The notes under the pieces: generated by a model
What the model was told of the DNA's origin: nothing
The model's input: the letters and a program-made list of their open reading frames with translations, nothing else
Database searches by the model: none
In this document: positions 45,723 through 57,796 of the stretch, piece after piece
Position numbering within the stretch: the stretch's first letter is position 1
Layout: the number at the start of each line of letters is the position of its first letter
Position numbers and translations under genes: made by a program
NCBI GenBank assembly: GCA_965205265.1
Contig: CBDBGH010000003.1
Coordinates: forward strand, 640,001 to 704,000
Length of the DNA stretch: 64,000 bases
Direction: 5' to 3'
DNA from: Alphaproteobacteria bacterium
GTDB taxonomy: Bacteria; Pseudomonadota; Alphaproteobacteria; Bin95

Positions 45723-46519
45723 GCGGTCCGCCGGTCCTGGACGGCCGGCTCGCCCTCGACGACGGCGAGATCGAATACCGCTGGATCGCGGGCGATTCCA
45801 CCCGCCCGACGCTGGTGTTCCTGCATGAAGGGCTCGGATCGGCCGCCCTCTGGCGCGATTTTCCCGACCGGGCGGCGGCGCAGACGGGCGCGGGCGCGCT
45901 GGTCTATTCCCGCCCCGGCTATGGCGGCTCGTCGCTGCCGGCCGGCGGCGCATTCCCGCTCGACTACATGCATGTCGAGGCCGAACGGCGCCTGCCGGCG
46001 GTGCTGGCGGCGCTCGGCATCGAGCGGCCTCTGCTCGTCGGCCACAGCGACGGCGGCTCCATCGCCCTCATCCATGCCGGCGCCTTTCCGGACGCCGTCT
46101 CCGGGCTGGTCCTCATGGCCCCGCATGTCTTCGTCGAGGACTGTTCGATCCGCGCCATCACGGAGGCCCGGCGCGCCTTCGACGGCGGAGGCCTCGACAG
46201 GCGGCTCGCCCGCTGGCACCGCGACGCCGCCGGGACGTTCGATGCCTGGAACCTGGCCTGGCTCGACCCGCGTTTCCGCGACTGGAACATCGAAGGCTAC
46301 CTGCCGAAGGTGACCGCGCCGCTGCTCGCCTTCCAGGGCGGGGCCGACCCTTACGGCACGCGCGAACAGACCGACCGCATCGCCCGGCAGGTGTCAGGCC
46401 CGGCGGAAATCCTGCTGCTGCCCGGCTGCGGCCATACGCCCTGGCGCGAGGCCGGGGACGCCGTCTTGCCGGCCATGACGGATTTCGCCGCGCGCCTTGC
46501 CGGCGGCTACAGGTTGTAG
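45719..46519 (+). CDS. Alpha/beta hydrolase (box-cluster lactonase-like)
   Basis: FLHEGLGS, GHSDGGSIA, APHVFVE. Confidence 0.85.
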   Translation: MSGPPVLDGRLALDDGEIEYRWIAGDSTRPTLVFLHEGLGSAALWRDFPDRAAAQTGAGALVYSRPGYGGSSLPAGGAFPLDYMHVEAERRLPAVLAALGIERPLLVGHSDGGSIALIHAGAFPDAVSGLVLMAPHVFVEDCSIRAITEARRAFDGGGLDRRLARWHRDAAGTFDAWNLAWLDPRFRDWNIEGYLPKVTAPLLAFQGGADPYGTREQTDRIARQVSGPAEILLLPGCGHTPWREAGDAVLPAMTDFAARLAGGYRL

Positions 46520-47850
46520 ATGAGGCTCGCGCCGATGAAGGTGTCGCGGCGCACCCCGTAGAGGGCGTCGCCCGGCCGCTCGACGCCGTGGAACGCCGTG
46601 CCCTCGAGTTCGAACGACCAGTTGTCGTCCAGCCTTGTCTTCGCCTCGAAGCCGAATACCCGGCCGCCATGGTCCAGATCCTCCGCCACGCTCAGGGTGA
46701 ACTCGGTGCCCTCGACATCGTTGAGCGCCAGCCGGGCCCCGAGGAACAGGTCGTTCTCGAAGGCGTTGGTCGCGCGCTCCGCTCCCCGCCCGTCCCAGTG
46801 CCACTCCGCCAGCAGGGTGATCTCGGCTTCCGTGTCGAAGACGGCGTACAGCGTGTGTTCGCCGCCGACTATCCAGGCGCCGTAATCGTCTTCTTCGCCC
46901 AAAGGGTGTTGCACGCTGGGCCGGTTGCTGGCGCCGAGGCGGCGGATGGCCTCCAGCTTGAACAGCCAGGGTCCGGTGGTGAGCTGCGCGTCCAGCCCGA
47001 ACTGCCGGATTTTCTCGTAATGGGGGTGCAGGGCTGTCGGCACAGGCAGCGGCAGTCCCGGCATCGTCACAAACTTCGCAGGCCGCAGGACCGGCTCCCG
47101 GCTCTGGCCGTCGAAATAGGCAACGCCCATATCGACGGGGCCGAAACTGCCGCTGTAACGGACCGCCCAGTCCATGTGCCGTTCCTCGGCGGCGCTGTCA
47201 TAGGTTGCCCTGTCATTGTCCACGACGAGGCCGCTGCGCAGCCGGCCGGCGCGGCCCGGATAGGTGCGCTCCCGGTGCCAGGGCAGGAGGAACAGCTCCA
47301 GCACGCCCCAGTCGGCGGACCATGTGCCGTGCGCCATGGGCTGGCCGAGCTTGGTCTTTTCGTCGGGGTGCTCGACCAGGTCCGTCTGGTTGACGATATC
47401 GACGATGTTGCGCACTTCCGCCACGCCCCAGGCGACCCGGTCCACACCGAGGCGCAACTCCCACTCCCCCTCGCCGAGTTCGCCGTAGAGCAGCAGGAAG
47501 GCTTCGCGGAGATCGGCATGGGTGCGGCGCGGGTCGGCGCTGTCGTAGCGGAAGAAGGGCGAGATGGTGAGGCTGCGGCCCTCCTCGTCCTCGGCATAGA
47601 GCTCCGGCTTCGCCGTGAAGCCGCTCGCATGGGACCGCTGGCCGGGATGCTGGGCGCTGTCCAGATAGAGGCGGCTCTCGATGCTGAACCTGCCGGACAG
47701 TTCGACTTCGACATCCGCCGCTTGCGCCGCCGCGCCGAAGAGCGAAAGCAGAATCCCGGCCGCTATTCTCCGCAGACTGTCGCGGCCTCTTCGGTCCGGC
47801 CGCTCTTCCCGCCGTCTTCCTCCGCCATGCCCGCCCCCCAACAACGTCAT
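46507..47850 (-). CDS. Putative outer-membrane beta-barrel protein of the type found beside MMPL transporters
   Basis: Signal peptide ending AQA; amphipathic strands; WGV.E....VDIVNQTD.VE...EK.KLGQPM; terminal strand ASLIYNL; start uncertain. Confidence 0.65.
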   Translation of the reverse strand: MTLLGGGHGGGRRREERPDRRGRDSLRRIAAGILLSLFGAAAQAADVEVELSGRFSIESRLYLDSAQHPGQRSHASGFTAKPELYAEDEEGRSLTISPFFRYDSADPRRTHADLREAFLLLYGELGEGEWELRLGVDRVAWGVAEVRNIVDIVNQTDLVEHPDEKTKLGQPMAHGTWSADWGVLELFLLPWHRERTYPGRAGRLRSGLVVDNDRATYDSAAEERHMDWAVRYSGSFGPVDMGVAYFDGQSREPVLRPAKFVTMPGLPLPVPTALHPHYEKIRQFGLDAQLTTGPWLFKLEAIRRLGASNRPSVQHPLGEEDDYGAWIVGGEHTLYAVFDTEAEITLLAEWHWDGRGAERATNAFENDLFLGARLALNDVEGTEFTLSVAEDLDHGGRVFGFEAKTRLDDNWSFELEGTAFHGVERPGDALYGVRRDTFIGASLIYNL

Positions 47851-47861
47851 GGCCTCTTCCC

Positions 47862-48190
47862 GTCATGCCCGACCCCTGGATCGTCATACCCGGACCTGAT
47901 CCACGGCTGTCCGGTTCCATCATTGGGCCGGTCCGGTCCGGAGTTTTTGGGCGCGCGCGGTGTCTCCGGTCCGCTTCCCTCCATCGTGTCCGAACAGCCT
48001 CCCTGCGCTGTGCCCGAACGCCCTTCTCCGTCATGCCCGGACTTGTTCCGGGCATCTCCGTCGGGGCCATCGCGGCGGCTGCATGGATGCCCGGAACAAG
48101 TCCGGGCATGACGATATGAGGGCATGACGATATGAGGGCATGACGATATGAGGGCATGACGATGAAGAGGGGGGACGTTCGGGCATGACG
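47862..48190. repeat. REP-like palindrome cluster with 16-bp tandem repeat
   Basis: Perfect 28-bp inverted repeat 48029-48056/48086-48113; (GGGCATGACGATATGA)x3 plus a partial copy from 48104. Confidence 0.85.
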
Positions 48191-48237
48191 GAAGGGTCGC
48201 CCGGCGGCAACGCTCCGCAGGACTCCCGGGCGCCGGC

Positions 48238-49308
48238 TCATGCGGCCGGGCCGCCCGCTTCCCGGACGCGGGGAAGGCCGCGCCCGAGGCCGGTGAACAG
48301 AATCTTCAGCGCGGCGTCGGAGCGCGCCAGCGCGCTGGTGGTCACGACCACGGCCTTTACGGCGCGCCGCGAAATCTTGACTTCCTGGCCGCTCCCGAAG
48401 GCGGGCGTCGTGTATGTGCGACGCAGGGTGAGCACCGCCATGCCGAGCGCCCACAGGCAGAACCGGCGGATGCCCGTCTCGTGCGCCGGGATGAGCAGGA
48501 TGTAACGAAGCGCATTGGCGAGATGCTGGCCGACGATCGCGATGAGCCGGTTCAGCCCCTCGACAAAGCCGGGATCGGCCTGGCCCGGCGCAAGCGAGCG
48601 GAGGTCGAAGCCGGCCGCTAGGAAGACGCTGCGCGGCAGCCAGCAGGCGCCGCGGCTCCGGTCTTCCCAGATGTCCTTCAGGATATTGGTCATCTGGAGG
48701 CCCTGCCCGTAAGAGGCCGAGAGCGCGAAGAGCTCCTCGCGCCGCGCGTCGATTTCCTCGGAATAGTCGCAGAAGAGTTCCGTCAGCATTTCGCCGACGA
48801 CGCCGGCGACATGGTAGCAGTAGCGGTCGAGGTGCTGGAGGTCGTTCAGCCCTTCGAGGCTGGTGCCTTCCTGAAATTCCGTCATGCCGTGCGTCATGAT
48901 CCTCACGCAGCGCAACATTGCCTGCCGTTGCGCGGCGGAGAAGCCGTCCGTGATCCGCATGACGCGGGGAACGTTGGCGATCAGGTCGCGCTCGGCTTCG
49001 GTCGCCGAGCGGGTCAGCAGGACGATGAGGTCGTCCGAGAAGGCTCTTGCGTCCTCGCTGCCTTCGACGACGCCGACCCAGCGTTCGGAAAACTCGCGTT
49101 TCCGGGCTGCGGAGAGGGCGGCTTCGTCCTCGATGGTGTCCGCGATCCGGCAGAGCAGATAGGCATTGCCGACCGCGTCGCGGAGCGGGGCGGGCAGCTG
49201 GGGAATGGTAAGCGCGAATGTGCGGGAAACGCCCTGCAGGATCTCCGCCTGGTAAGCGAGGTCGCGTTCAAGGGCGGTTTCGCCAGTTGCCGTTTTCAGC
49301 TTCGACAT
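48238..49308 (-). CDS. Squalene/phytoene synthase family protein (single-enzyme SQS type)
   Basis: [46 protein letters not shown]. Confidence 0.88.
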   Translation of the reverse strand: MSKLKTATGETALERDLAYQAEILQGVSRTFALTIPQLPAPLRDAVGNAYLLCRIADTIEDEAALSAARKREFSERWVGVVEGSEDARAFSDDLIVLLTRSATEAERDLIANVPRVMRITDGFSAAQRQAMLRCVRIMTHGMTEFQEGTSLEGLNDLQHLDRYCYHVAGVVGEMLTELFCDYSEEIDARREELFALSASYGQGLQMTNILKDIWEDRSRGACWLPRSVFLAAGFDLRSLAPGQADPGFVEGLNRLIAIVGQHLANALRYILLIPAHETGIRRFCLWALGMAVLTLRRTYTTPAFGSGQEVKISRRAVKAVVVTTSALARSDAALKILFTGLGRGLPRVREAGGPAA

Positions 49309-49610
49309 CCCGCTTTCAGCCGGGCTCCGCCACAAAAGGCTGCCGGTTCCATGGTTTCCGACCGGACAGTCCAAGTCAAGCAACGGTTCGCCCGCCGCCG
49401 GACGGCGAAGGGCGGCGCCGGCCCGCCGTGAGGACTCCTCGCGGGGTGTCATGGGATGTCATGTTCTGCATGCGCATGGCGCATGTCCTGTGGCCGTTTG
49501 GGGCATGGGTCCGCTCCTCTTTCTTCCTCTCCCGCAAGCGCTACCGGATTCACACATCCCCGCGTGGTGGCGTTGCCCCGCATATCCTAACCGTCGCCCC
49601 GGTTCTCGCA

Positions 49611-49797
49611 GCACCCCCTTCGTCATACCCGGAACAAGTCCGGGTATGACGAAGGGGGTGCCCTGAACCTGTCGAAGGGGGGCGTTCGGGCATGACGGAC
49701 AGGAGGCCGACCGGGGACGCCGCGCGCTCCCGAAATCCCGTTCGGCTCCCCCTCAATGTCTGAACCGGACACCAGTGGAACAAGTCCGGGTATGGCG
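49611..49797. repeat. REP-like palindrome cluster
   Basis: Perfect 23-bp stem 49611-49633/49639-49661; CCCTGAACCTGTCGAAGGG; inverted homology to 47882-48056. Confidence 0.8.
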
Positions 49798-49886
49798 GGG
49801 AGAGGGCATGATGGGGAAGGGTCGGGCCACCGGTTACGGACCGAAACGAGATGTGTGCATGCGGTAGCCCGCAAGCGGGAGGGGAG

Positions 49887-50260
49887 AGTTCGAGCGCTCT
49901 GCCTGGCTCCTCGAAGCCGTATCCGTCAGCATCCTGCATGTCGTTCCTCCATCCTGTTTCGTTCCACTCCGTTCCGTTCCTCCCGCCGCCCGGCTTGCCC
50001 AGGTAGCGGGACCCTGATTCGCGCGTATCCTGCGCGCGCCTGTGCCGGCGCGGGCGCGTGTTTCGCCGCGGCGCGGTTCGCGCGCCTGATTGCCCGCGCG
50101 CGAGGCAAGCGCAGGACGCACTTCACATGTCGGCTGAATCGGGGTCGTTCCGCACCGGGCCGGCACGGGAGGAGAAGCGGCCTCGCGAACGCCGCCCCCA
50201 TTCTCAAGTCCTAATATATTACAGAATTCGCAGAAATCAACCTTTATTCTCGAATTAATT
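49887..50260. repeat. 374-bp direct repeat, left copy (long target duplication of IS1634)
   Basis: Identical by eye to 54974-55347 (offset 5087); abuts the left TIR. Confidence 0.92.
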
Positions 50261-51862
50261 CCTGACTTCGACGGTTGGGCTGACTTCTGACCGATCTCGC
50301 GTCTGGAGTTTTCAGTAAAGCCAATGAGTTGGCAGTTGCGGTGCGGTCAAGCTGCGTTGTAGTGCCTAGTAAATCTTTGAGACTGTCAATGCCTCCGCCA
50401 CGCGCTACACTCCCCCCATGTTCGTGCGCATCAAGACCTCCCCCAACAGCCCGCGACGCTCGGTCCAGATCGTCGAGGCCGTGCGCGACGGCGGCAAGGT
50501 CCGACAGCGCATCGTCCGCCATGTCGGCGTGGCCATGGACGAGGACGAGCTCGAGCGCCTGAGGCAGCTCGGCGAGTACGTCAAGGCGAAGCTGGAGGAC
50601 GAGCGTCAGCCGGCATTGTTTGCGCCCGAGAAGATCGCTGAGCAGGCGATCCGTGTCGGCCGCCGGGGGGACGGCAAGGAGGAACTCCCGGTCGACCTCA
50701 AGCAGCTTGAAGAGGAGCAGCGCCTGATCACAGGCATCCACGAGGTCTATGGCGAGATCTACCGGCTGCTGGGCCTCGACGCGCTGCTGCCGCGCTCGCG
50801 CTACCGGGCCTCCCATGACGCGCTGTTCCATGTGGTGATGGCGCGGGTAGCCAACCCCGACAGCAAGCGGGGCAGCGTGCGCCGGCTCGAGGAGGACTTC
50901 GGCGTGAGTCTTCCGCTCGAGAAGGTCTACCGGATGATGGATCAGCTCGACGCGACGGTGATCGAGCGACTGCGCACGCGCGTCGGCGAGGCGAGCCGGT
51001 CGCTGCTGCCGGAGCCGGTCGCGATCCTCTTCTTCGATTGCACCACGCTCTACTTCGAGACGGCCGCCGAGGACGAGCTTCGCCAGCACGGCTTCAGCAA
51101 GGACGGCAAACACAAGGACTCGCAGGTTCTGCTGGCGCTGATGGTGACGCGCGAAGGGCTGCCGATCAGCTACGAGGTCTTCCCCGGCGCCACCTACGAG
51201 GGACACAGCATGGTCCCGGTCCTGCAGGACATGCAGCGCCGCCACCAGGTGGAGCGCACGGTATGCGTGGCCGACCGGGGCATGCTGAGCGCCGACAACC
51301 TCGACGCCATGGACGCCATCGGCGGCGAGTATGTCGTCGGCGCGCGGCTGCGCAAGCTGCCGCTCGCGCTGCTGGGGCAGGTTCTCGACCCCGGGACCTA
51401 TGCCCCGCTGGAGGGCTCACAGGACCGCCGGGTCGGCGAGTGGGAGTACAAGGGCCGTCGCCTGATCGTCGTCTTCTGCCCCCAGCGCGCACGCAAGGAC
51501 GCGCACGAGCGCCGCCATCAGGTGGAACGCCTGCTCGACAGGCTGGCCCGCAGCGACAATCCCAGGGAACTGCTCTCCAATCACGGGGCGAAGCGCTTCA
51601 TTATAGCGCGACAATCTGGGTGAGAGCCGCGCGTCAATCAGGATGAGATTCCCCGGCGGCATCGGCGAGTTGATGATTGTCGCGCGGGGCGCGGATTGCA
51701 AGCGGTTTCGGATTTTGATTGTCGCGGCGCGACAAACAAGGTTTTCGGAGAGCGTTTTGATTGTCGCGGGGGGGCCGTCGGGTCGGAGAAGAGACGGCCC
51801 GCGGAGGCGATTCCCGCGGGCCGTGAGTGTTGTGGCCGCTGGGCCGATCTGGCGGCAGCGGT

Positions 51863-54210
<2,348 letters not shown>

Positions 54211-54973
54211 CTACTCGGAAAAACGTCACCGTTCGCCCAGCCGACCGACCCCGCCAGAAGGTCCAGGAAAAATTTTTTGAGGCGGCGGCCCGGAACTCCG
54301 GTCGGGCTACGCCCTCCCTCCGTTCCGGGCCGCCGCCTTCCCCCGTCTCATCCTGATTGTCGCCAGCGTCTCAAGCTGATTGTCGCGCCGCACTTCATCG
54401 CCGTCGAGGGCGACGCACGGCTCACGGTGAACCCGGAGAAGATCGCCGAGGCCGCACGATGGGACGGGCTCACCGGCGTCATCACCAATCTGCGCGACGC
54501 GCGCGTCACCGAAGTGATGGCTCACTACCAGGGGCTCTGGCAGGTCGAGGAGAGCTTCCGGATCACCAAACACGACCTGAAGATACGTCCCATCTGGCAC
54601 TGGAACCCGGACCGGATCCGCGCTCACATCGCCATCGCCTTCCTGGCCTTCGCCTGCGTTCGACACCTTGCGTACCGCGTCGCCATCCAGAAGCGGCGGA
54701 TGTCCCCGGAGGTCATCCGCTCCGCCCTCGTCCACCGCCAGTGCTCCCTGCTGCGCTGTCGGCAATCGGGCAACCGCTACGTCATCCCCTCGAAGCCGAC
54801 ACCGGCGGCGGAGCAGATTTACGCAACCATGGGGCTGCCCCTGACGATCACCCCGTATCAACTCGCCTGACCGTCGACGAAGCACGGCTCGAAGAAATGC
54901 CGGATGTAGTGCCTAGCCGAAATGAGAACCAGGCAATATCAACTACTTATGCGAATCAACCGTCGAAGTCAGG

Positions 54974-55347
54974 AGTTCGAGCGCTCTGCCTGGCTCCTCG
55001 AAGCCGTATCCGTCAGCATCCTGCATGTCGTTCCTCCATCCTGTTTCGTTCCACTCCGTTCCGTTCCTCCCGCCGCCCGGCTTGCCCAGGTAGCGGGACC
55101 CTGATTCGCGCGTATCCTGCGCGCGCCTGTGCCGGCGCGGGCGCGTGTTTCGCCGCGGCGCGGTTCGCGCGCCTGATTGCCCGCGCGCGAGGCAAGCGCA
55201 GGACGCACTTCACATGTCGGCTGAATCGGGGTCGTTCCGCACCGGGCCGGCACGGGAGGAGAAGCGGCCTCGCGAACGCCGCCCCCATTCTCAAGTCCTA
55301 ATATATTACAGAATTCGCAGAAATCAACCTTTATTCTCGAATTAATT
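54974..55347. repeat. 374-bp direct repeat, right copy
   Basis: Matches 49887-50260; abuts the right TIR. Confidence 0.92.
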
Positions 55348-55413
55348 CTGGAAATATGAACAAAAAGATTTTCCGGCGAGCCCGGCCGGGACATGCCGGG
55401 AAACGCCGATGAC

Positions 55414-57708
55414 TTAAGGCTTCCTGCGGTCGATCGCCATCAACAGGGGCGGGAGGAGCAGGAAATCGGCGAGGAGTGCGAAGCCGAGCGTGATCGCCAC
55501 CATAAGGCCGAGAGACCAGCTTACCTCAAACCCGGACGATGCAAACACCAGGAATCCGAGCGACAGGACTATCGTAGTGGTCCACAACGCCCGGCCGACA
55601 GTACGAAACGCGCTGCGAACGGCTCCAGCGGGATCGAGCCCCTCGCGGCGGGCCCTCAGATAGGCGGTCAGGAAGTGAATCGTATCGTCCACGACGATCC
55701 CGAAGGCGATAGCCGTCATCACCGACCCCGCAAGACCGACCCGCCCCACGAGATAGCCCCAGAGGCCGATAGTCATGGCAGCCGGGATGAAGTTGGGCAC
55801 CAGGCTGACAAGGCCCAGGCGGATACTCCTGAAGATTCCGATCAATATCAGGGATATCAGCGCCATGGCGACGATTGTCCCGGTCAGCATGCTCCTGATA
55901 TTTCGCTGCGAAAGATGCGCGGAAACGATGGTGAACCCCGATGCTTCCGTCAACAGTTCGGGCGCATTTGCCCGGAACCATTCCTGGGCCCGCGCATCGA
56001 GTTCGCGTTGCTGCCGCGAGGTCAGGCTTCGCGTGACGACGCTCAGCCGCGTTGCGGACTTGGCGACGTCGATGCGGTCGTTGAGGTCGCTGCCGAAGGG
56101 AAGCGAAAGCTCGTAAAGCAAGAGGTACTGGGCCGCCAGGGCCCCGTCCTCAGGCAGGCGATGGAAGGCCGGGTCGTCGCCGTGCATGTTCCTGTTGAGG
56201 CGCTTCATGATGTCCGTGAACGCTTGGACATGGATCACTTCCGGCTGCGCCCGGCCCCACTCCGCAAAGGCGTCCACGGCCCGCAGATATCCGGGGTCGG
56301 TGATGCCGTTGTCGCGCCCCGAAGCGAGCGAATATTCGAGCGTTTCCATACCCGTCAGATTTTCGATGACGAAATCCGTGTCGCGCCGGAACTCGTAGCG
56401 CTCGTCGAAATATCGCGGCCAGTTGTCTGTCAGATCGATGTGCGGGATGCCGGATACCAGTGCCGCGGCGAGGAGCGGCATGGAAATGAGCAGCGCCCTC
56501 CGGCGCTCCACGACGAAATGGCCGAACCGCTCGAAAAAACTGGGCCGCCCGCTCGGCGCGGGAGGCGCGCGCAGCGGCAGGATGGAAAGCAGGGCCGGCA
56601 GGACGGTAACCGAGTAGAGGAAGGCGCACAGCACTCCGAAAGCGACCAGGTTGCCCAGCACGTGGAAAGGGGGCGAATCCGATGCATTCAGGCTGAGGAA
56701 CCCGATTGCCGTGGTCGCGGTGGTAAGGAAAACGGGCCAGATATTGTCGCGGAGCGCCTCGGCTACGGCTTCATTCCTGCCGAGGCCGCGCCCCAATCGC
56801 TCCAGAACGCTGGCAACGATATGGATCGAATGCGCCACGGCGACGGTCATTACGATGATCGGGATGCCGGAATTGGCGGGGTTGAGCACCGTTCCGACCC
56901 AGCCGGCGAAGCCCATCGTCGTGTTGACGGTGAATATCAGCGTGATGACGAGGGCGAGGGCGCCCGACAGAGAGCGAAGCAGGAGCCCGATTGCAACCGC
57001 AATTATCGCGAACACCAGAGGCGTGAGGGTGCGCACGTCGTCCTGGGTCGTGTCGGCGAAGACCTGATGCATGACGACGTCGCCGGTCAAGTGATAGTCG
57101 AGGTTCGGATGGCCGGCGCGGGCCTGCTCCAAAAGGGTGCGGAGGAAATTGTTGATCTCGGCGACCGAAGCATCCCGGTCGTCGGACAAGGAGAAGTTTA
57201 TCGTCAGCCCCGCCACGCGCCCGTCATGGGAGACCAGGCGGCCGGCAAGGTCGATTGCGTTCAGTGCGATCTCTTCGACCCGTACAAGCCCTTCGTCGGT
57301 GAGCGCGCCTGCGTTCCTGACAAGCGGGCCGACGATCAGATCGTCCTCGGATGCCTCGCTGTGGGTATAGTTGGTCAGGGAATCGACCCGGGTTGAGAAC
57401 GGCGCCTGCCAGGCCGCCTCGGTCAGTTCCTCGACCGCAGCCAGCGTCTCGCGGGTAAACGCCGAGCCCTGACGCGGGGCGATTGCGATCAGCGCGACAT
57501 TGGATGCGGAATAAGTCTCCTCCAGCGCATCGAGCGCCGCAAGCTGCGGATTGTCCTCGTCGAAAAGGCTGCGGTAGTCGTTGGTCACGCCGATGAACGG
57601 GGCGCCTGCCGTCGCCGCCAGCATGACGAGCCCTGCAAGCGCAACGACCGCCCATCGGTGTCGAAGGACGAATTCGATAAAGCGGTCGAGAGGCGAAGGC
57701 GCCGTCAC
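55414..57708 (-). CDS. MMPL/RND-superfamily lipid transporter
   Basis: 764 aa, two repeats; TVAVAHSIH, TTAIGFLSL, PNFIP, GIVVDDTIHF. Confidence 0.9.
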   Translation of the reverse strand: MTAPSPLDRFIEFVLRHRWAVVALAGLVMLAATAGAPFIGVTNDYRSLFDEDNPQLAALDALEETYSASNVALIAIAPRQGSAFTRETLAAVEELTEAAWQAPFSTRVDSLTNYTHSEASEDDLIVGPLVRNAGALTDEGLVRVEEIALNAIDLAGRLVSHDGRVAGLTINFSLSDDRDASVAEINNFLRTLLEQARAGHPNLDYHLTGDVVMHQVFADTTQDDVRTLTPLVFAIIAVAIGLLLRSLSGALALVITLIFTVNTTMGFAGWVGTVLNPANSGIPIIVMTVAVAHSIHIVASVLERLGRGLGRNEAVAEALRDNIWPVFLTTATTAIGFLSLNASDSPPFHVLGNLVAFGVLCAFLYSVTVLPALLSILPLRAPPAPSGRPSFFERFGHFVVERRRALLISMPLLAAALVSGIPHIDLTDNWPRYFDERYEFRRDTDFVIENLTGMETLEYSLASGRDNGITDPGYLRAVDAFAEWGRAQPEVIHVQAFTDIMKRLNRNMHGDDPAFHRLPEDGALAAQYLLLYELSLPFGSDLNDRIDVAKSATRLSVVTRSLTSRQQRELDARAQEWFRANAPELLTEASGFTIVSAHLSQRNIRSMLTGTIVAMALISLILIGIFRSIRLGLVSLVPNFIPAAMTIGLWGYLVGRVGLAGSVMTAIAFGIVVDDTIHFLTAYLRARREGLDPAGAVRSAFRTVGRALWTTTIVLSLGFLVFASSGFEVSWSLGLMVAITLGFALLADFLLLPPLLMAIDRRKP

Positions 57709-57796
57709 CCGCTCTTCCCTTCGAAGCGGTTAGCCGCCGCTCCGTTTCGCCTTTCCGCTCCCGCGGACGGAGCGTTCCGAAGGAAGACTGCGCCGC

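Larger units (their letters stand above)
49446..50260 (-). repeat. Dispersed promoter-leader-cargo-CATGAC module, copy C (promoter/leader duplicated at 54974-55347)
   Basis: TTGATT-N16-TATATT (50240-50213), leader about 50135-50005, GGAGG+ATG at 49939, GTCATG at 49448/49458. Confidence 0.75.

Noticed and set aside
48104-48190. Possible mini-CRISPR array
   Set aside because: Units are contiguous 16-mers with no unique spacers, and no cas genes are in the window
48238-49308. Carotenoid crtB or hopanoid hpnC/hpnD cluster
   Set aside because: Motifs (SRTFAL, DTIED) fit single-enzyme squalene synthase better; no crtI, hpnE or shc nearby
49550-49939. 129-aa ORF as an intact protein-coding gene
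   Set aside because: It has a good RBS, but its 3' two-thirds is translated REP-like repeat; treated as disrupted module cargo
49756-50258. Short ORFs across the leader (e.g. FAAARFARLIARAR, AGNQAR..RR.ETRA peptides also at 6.6, 25.5 and 55.1 kb)
   Set aside because: Similar peptides arise in several frames on both strands simply from translating the repeat; no common start, stop or RBS
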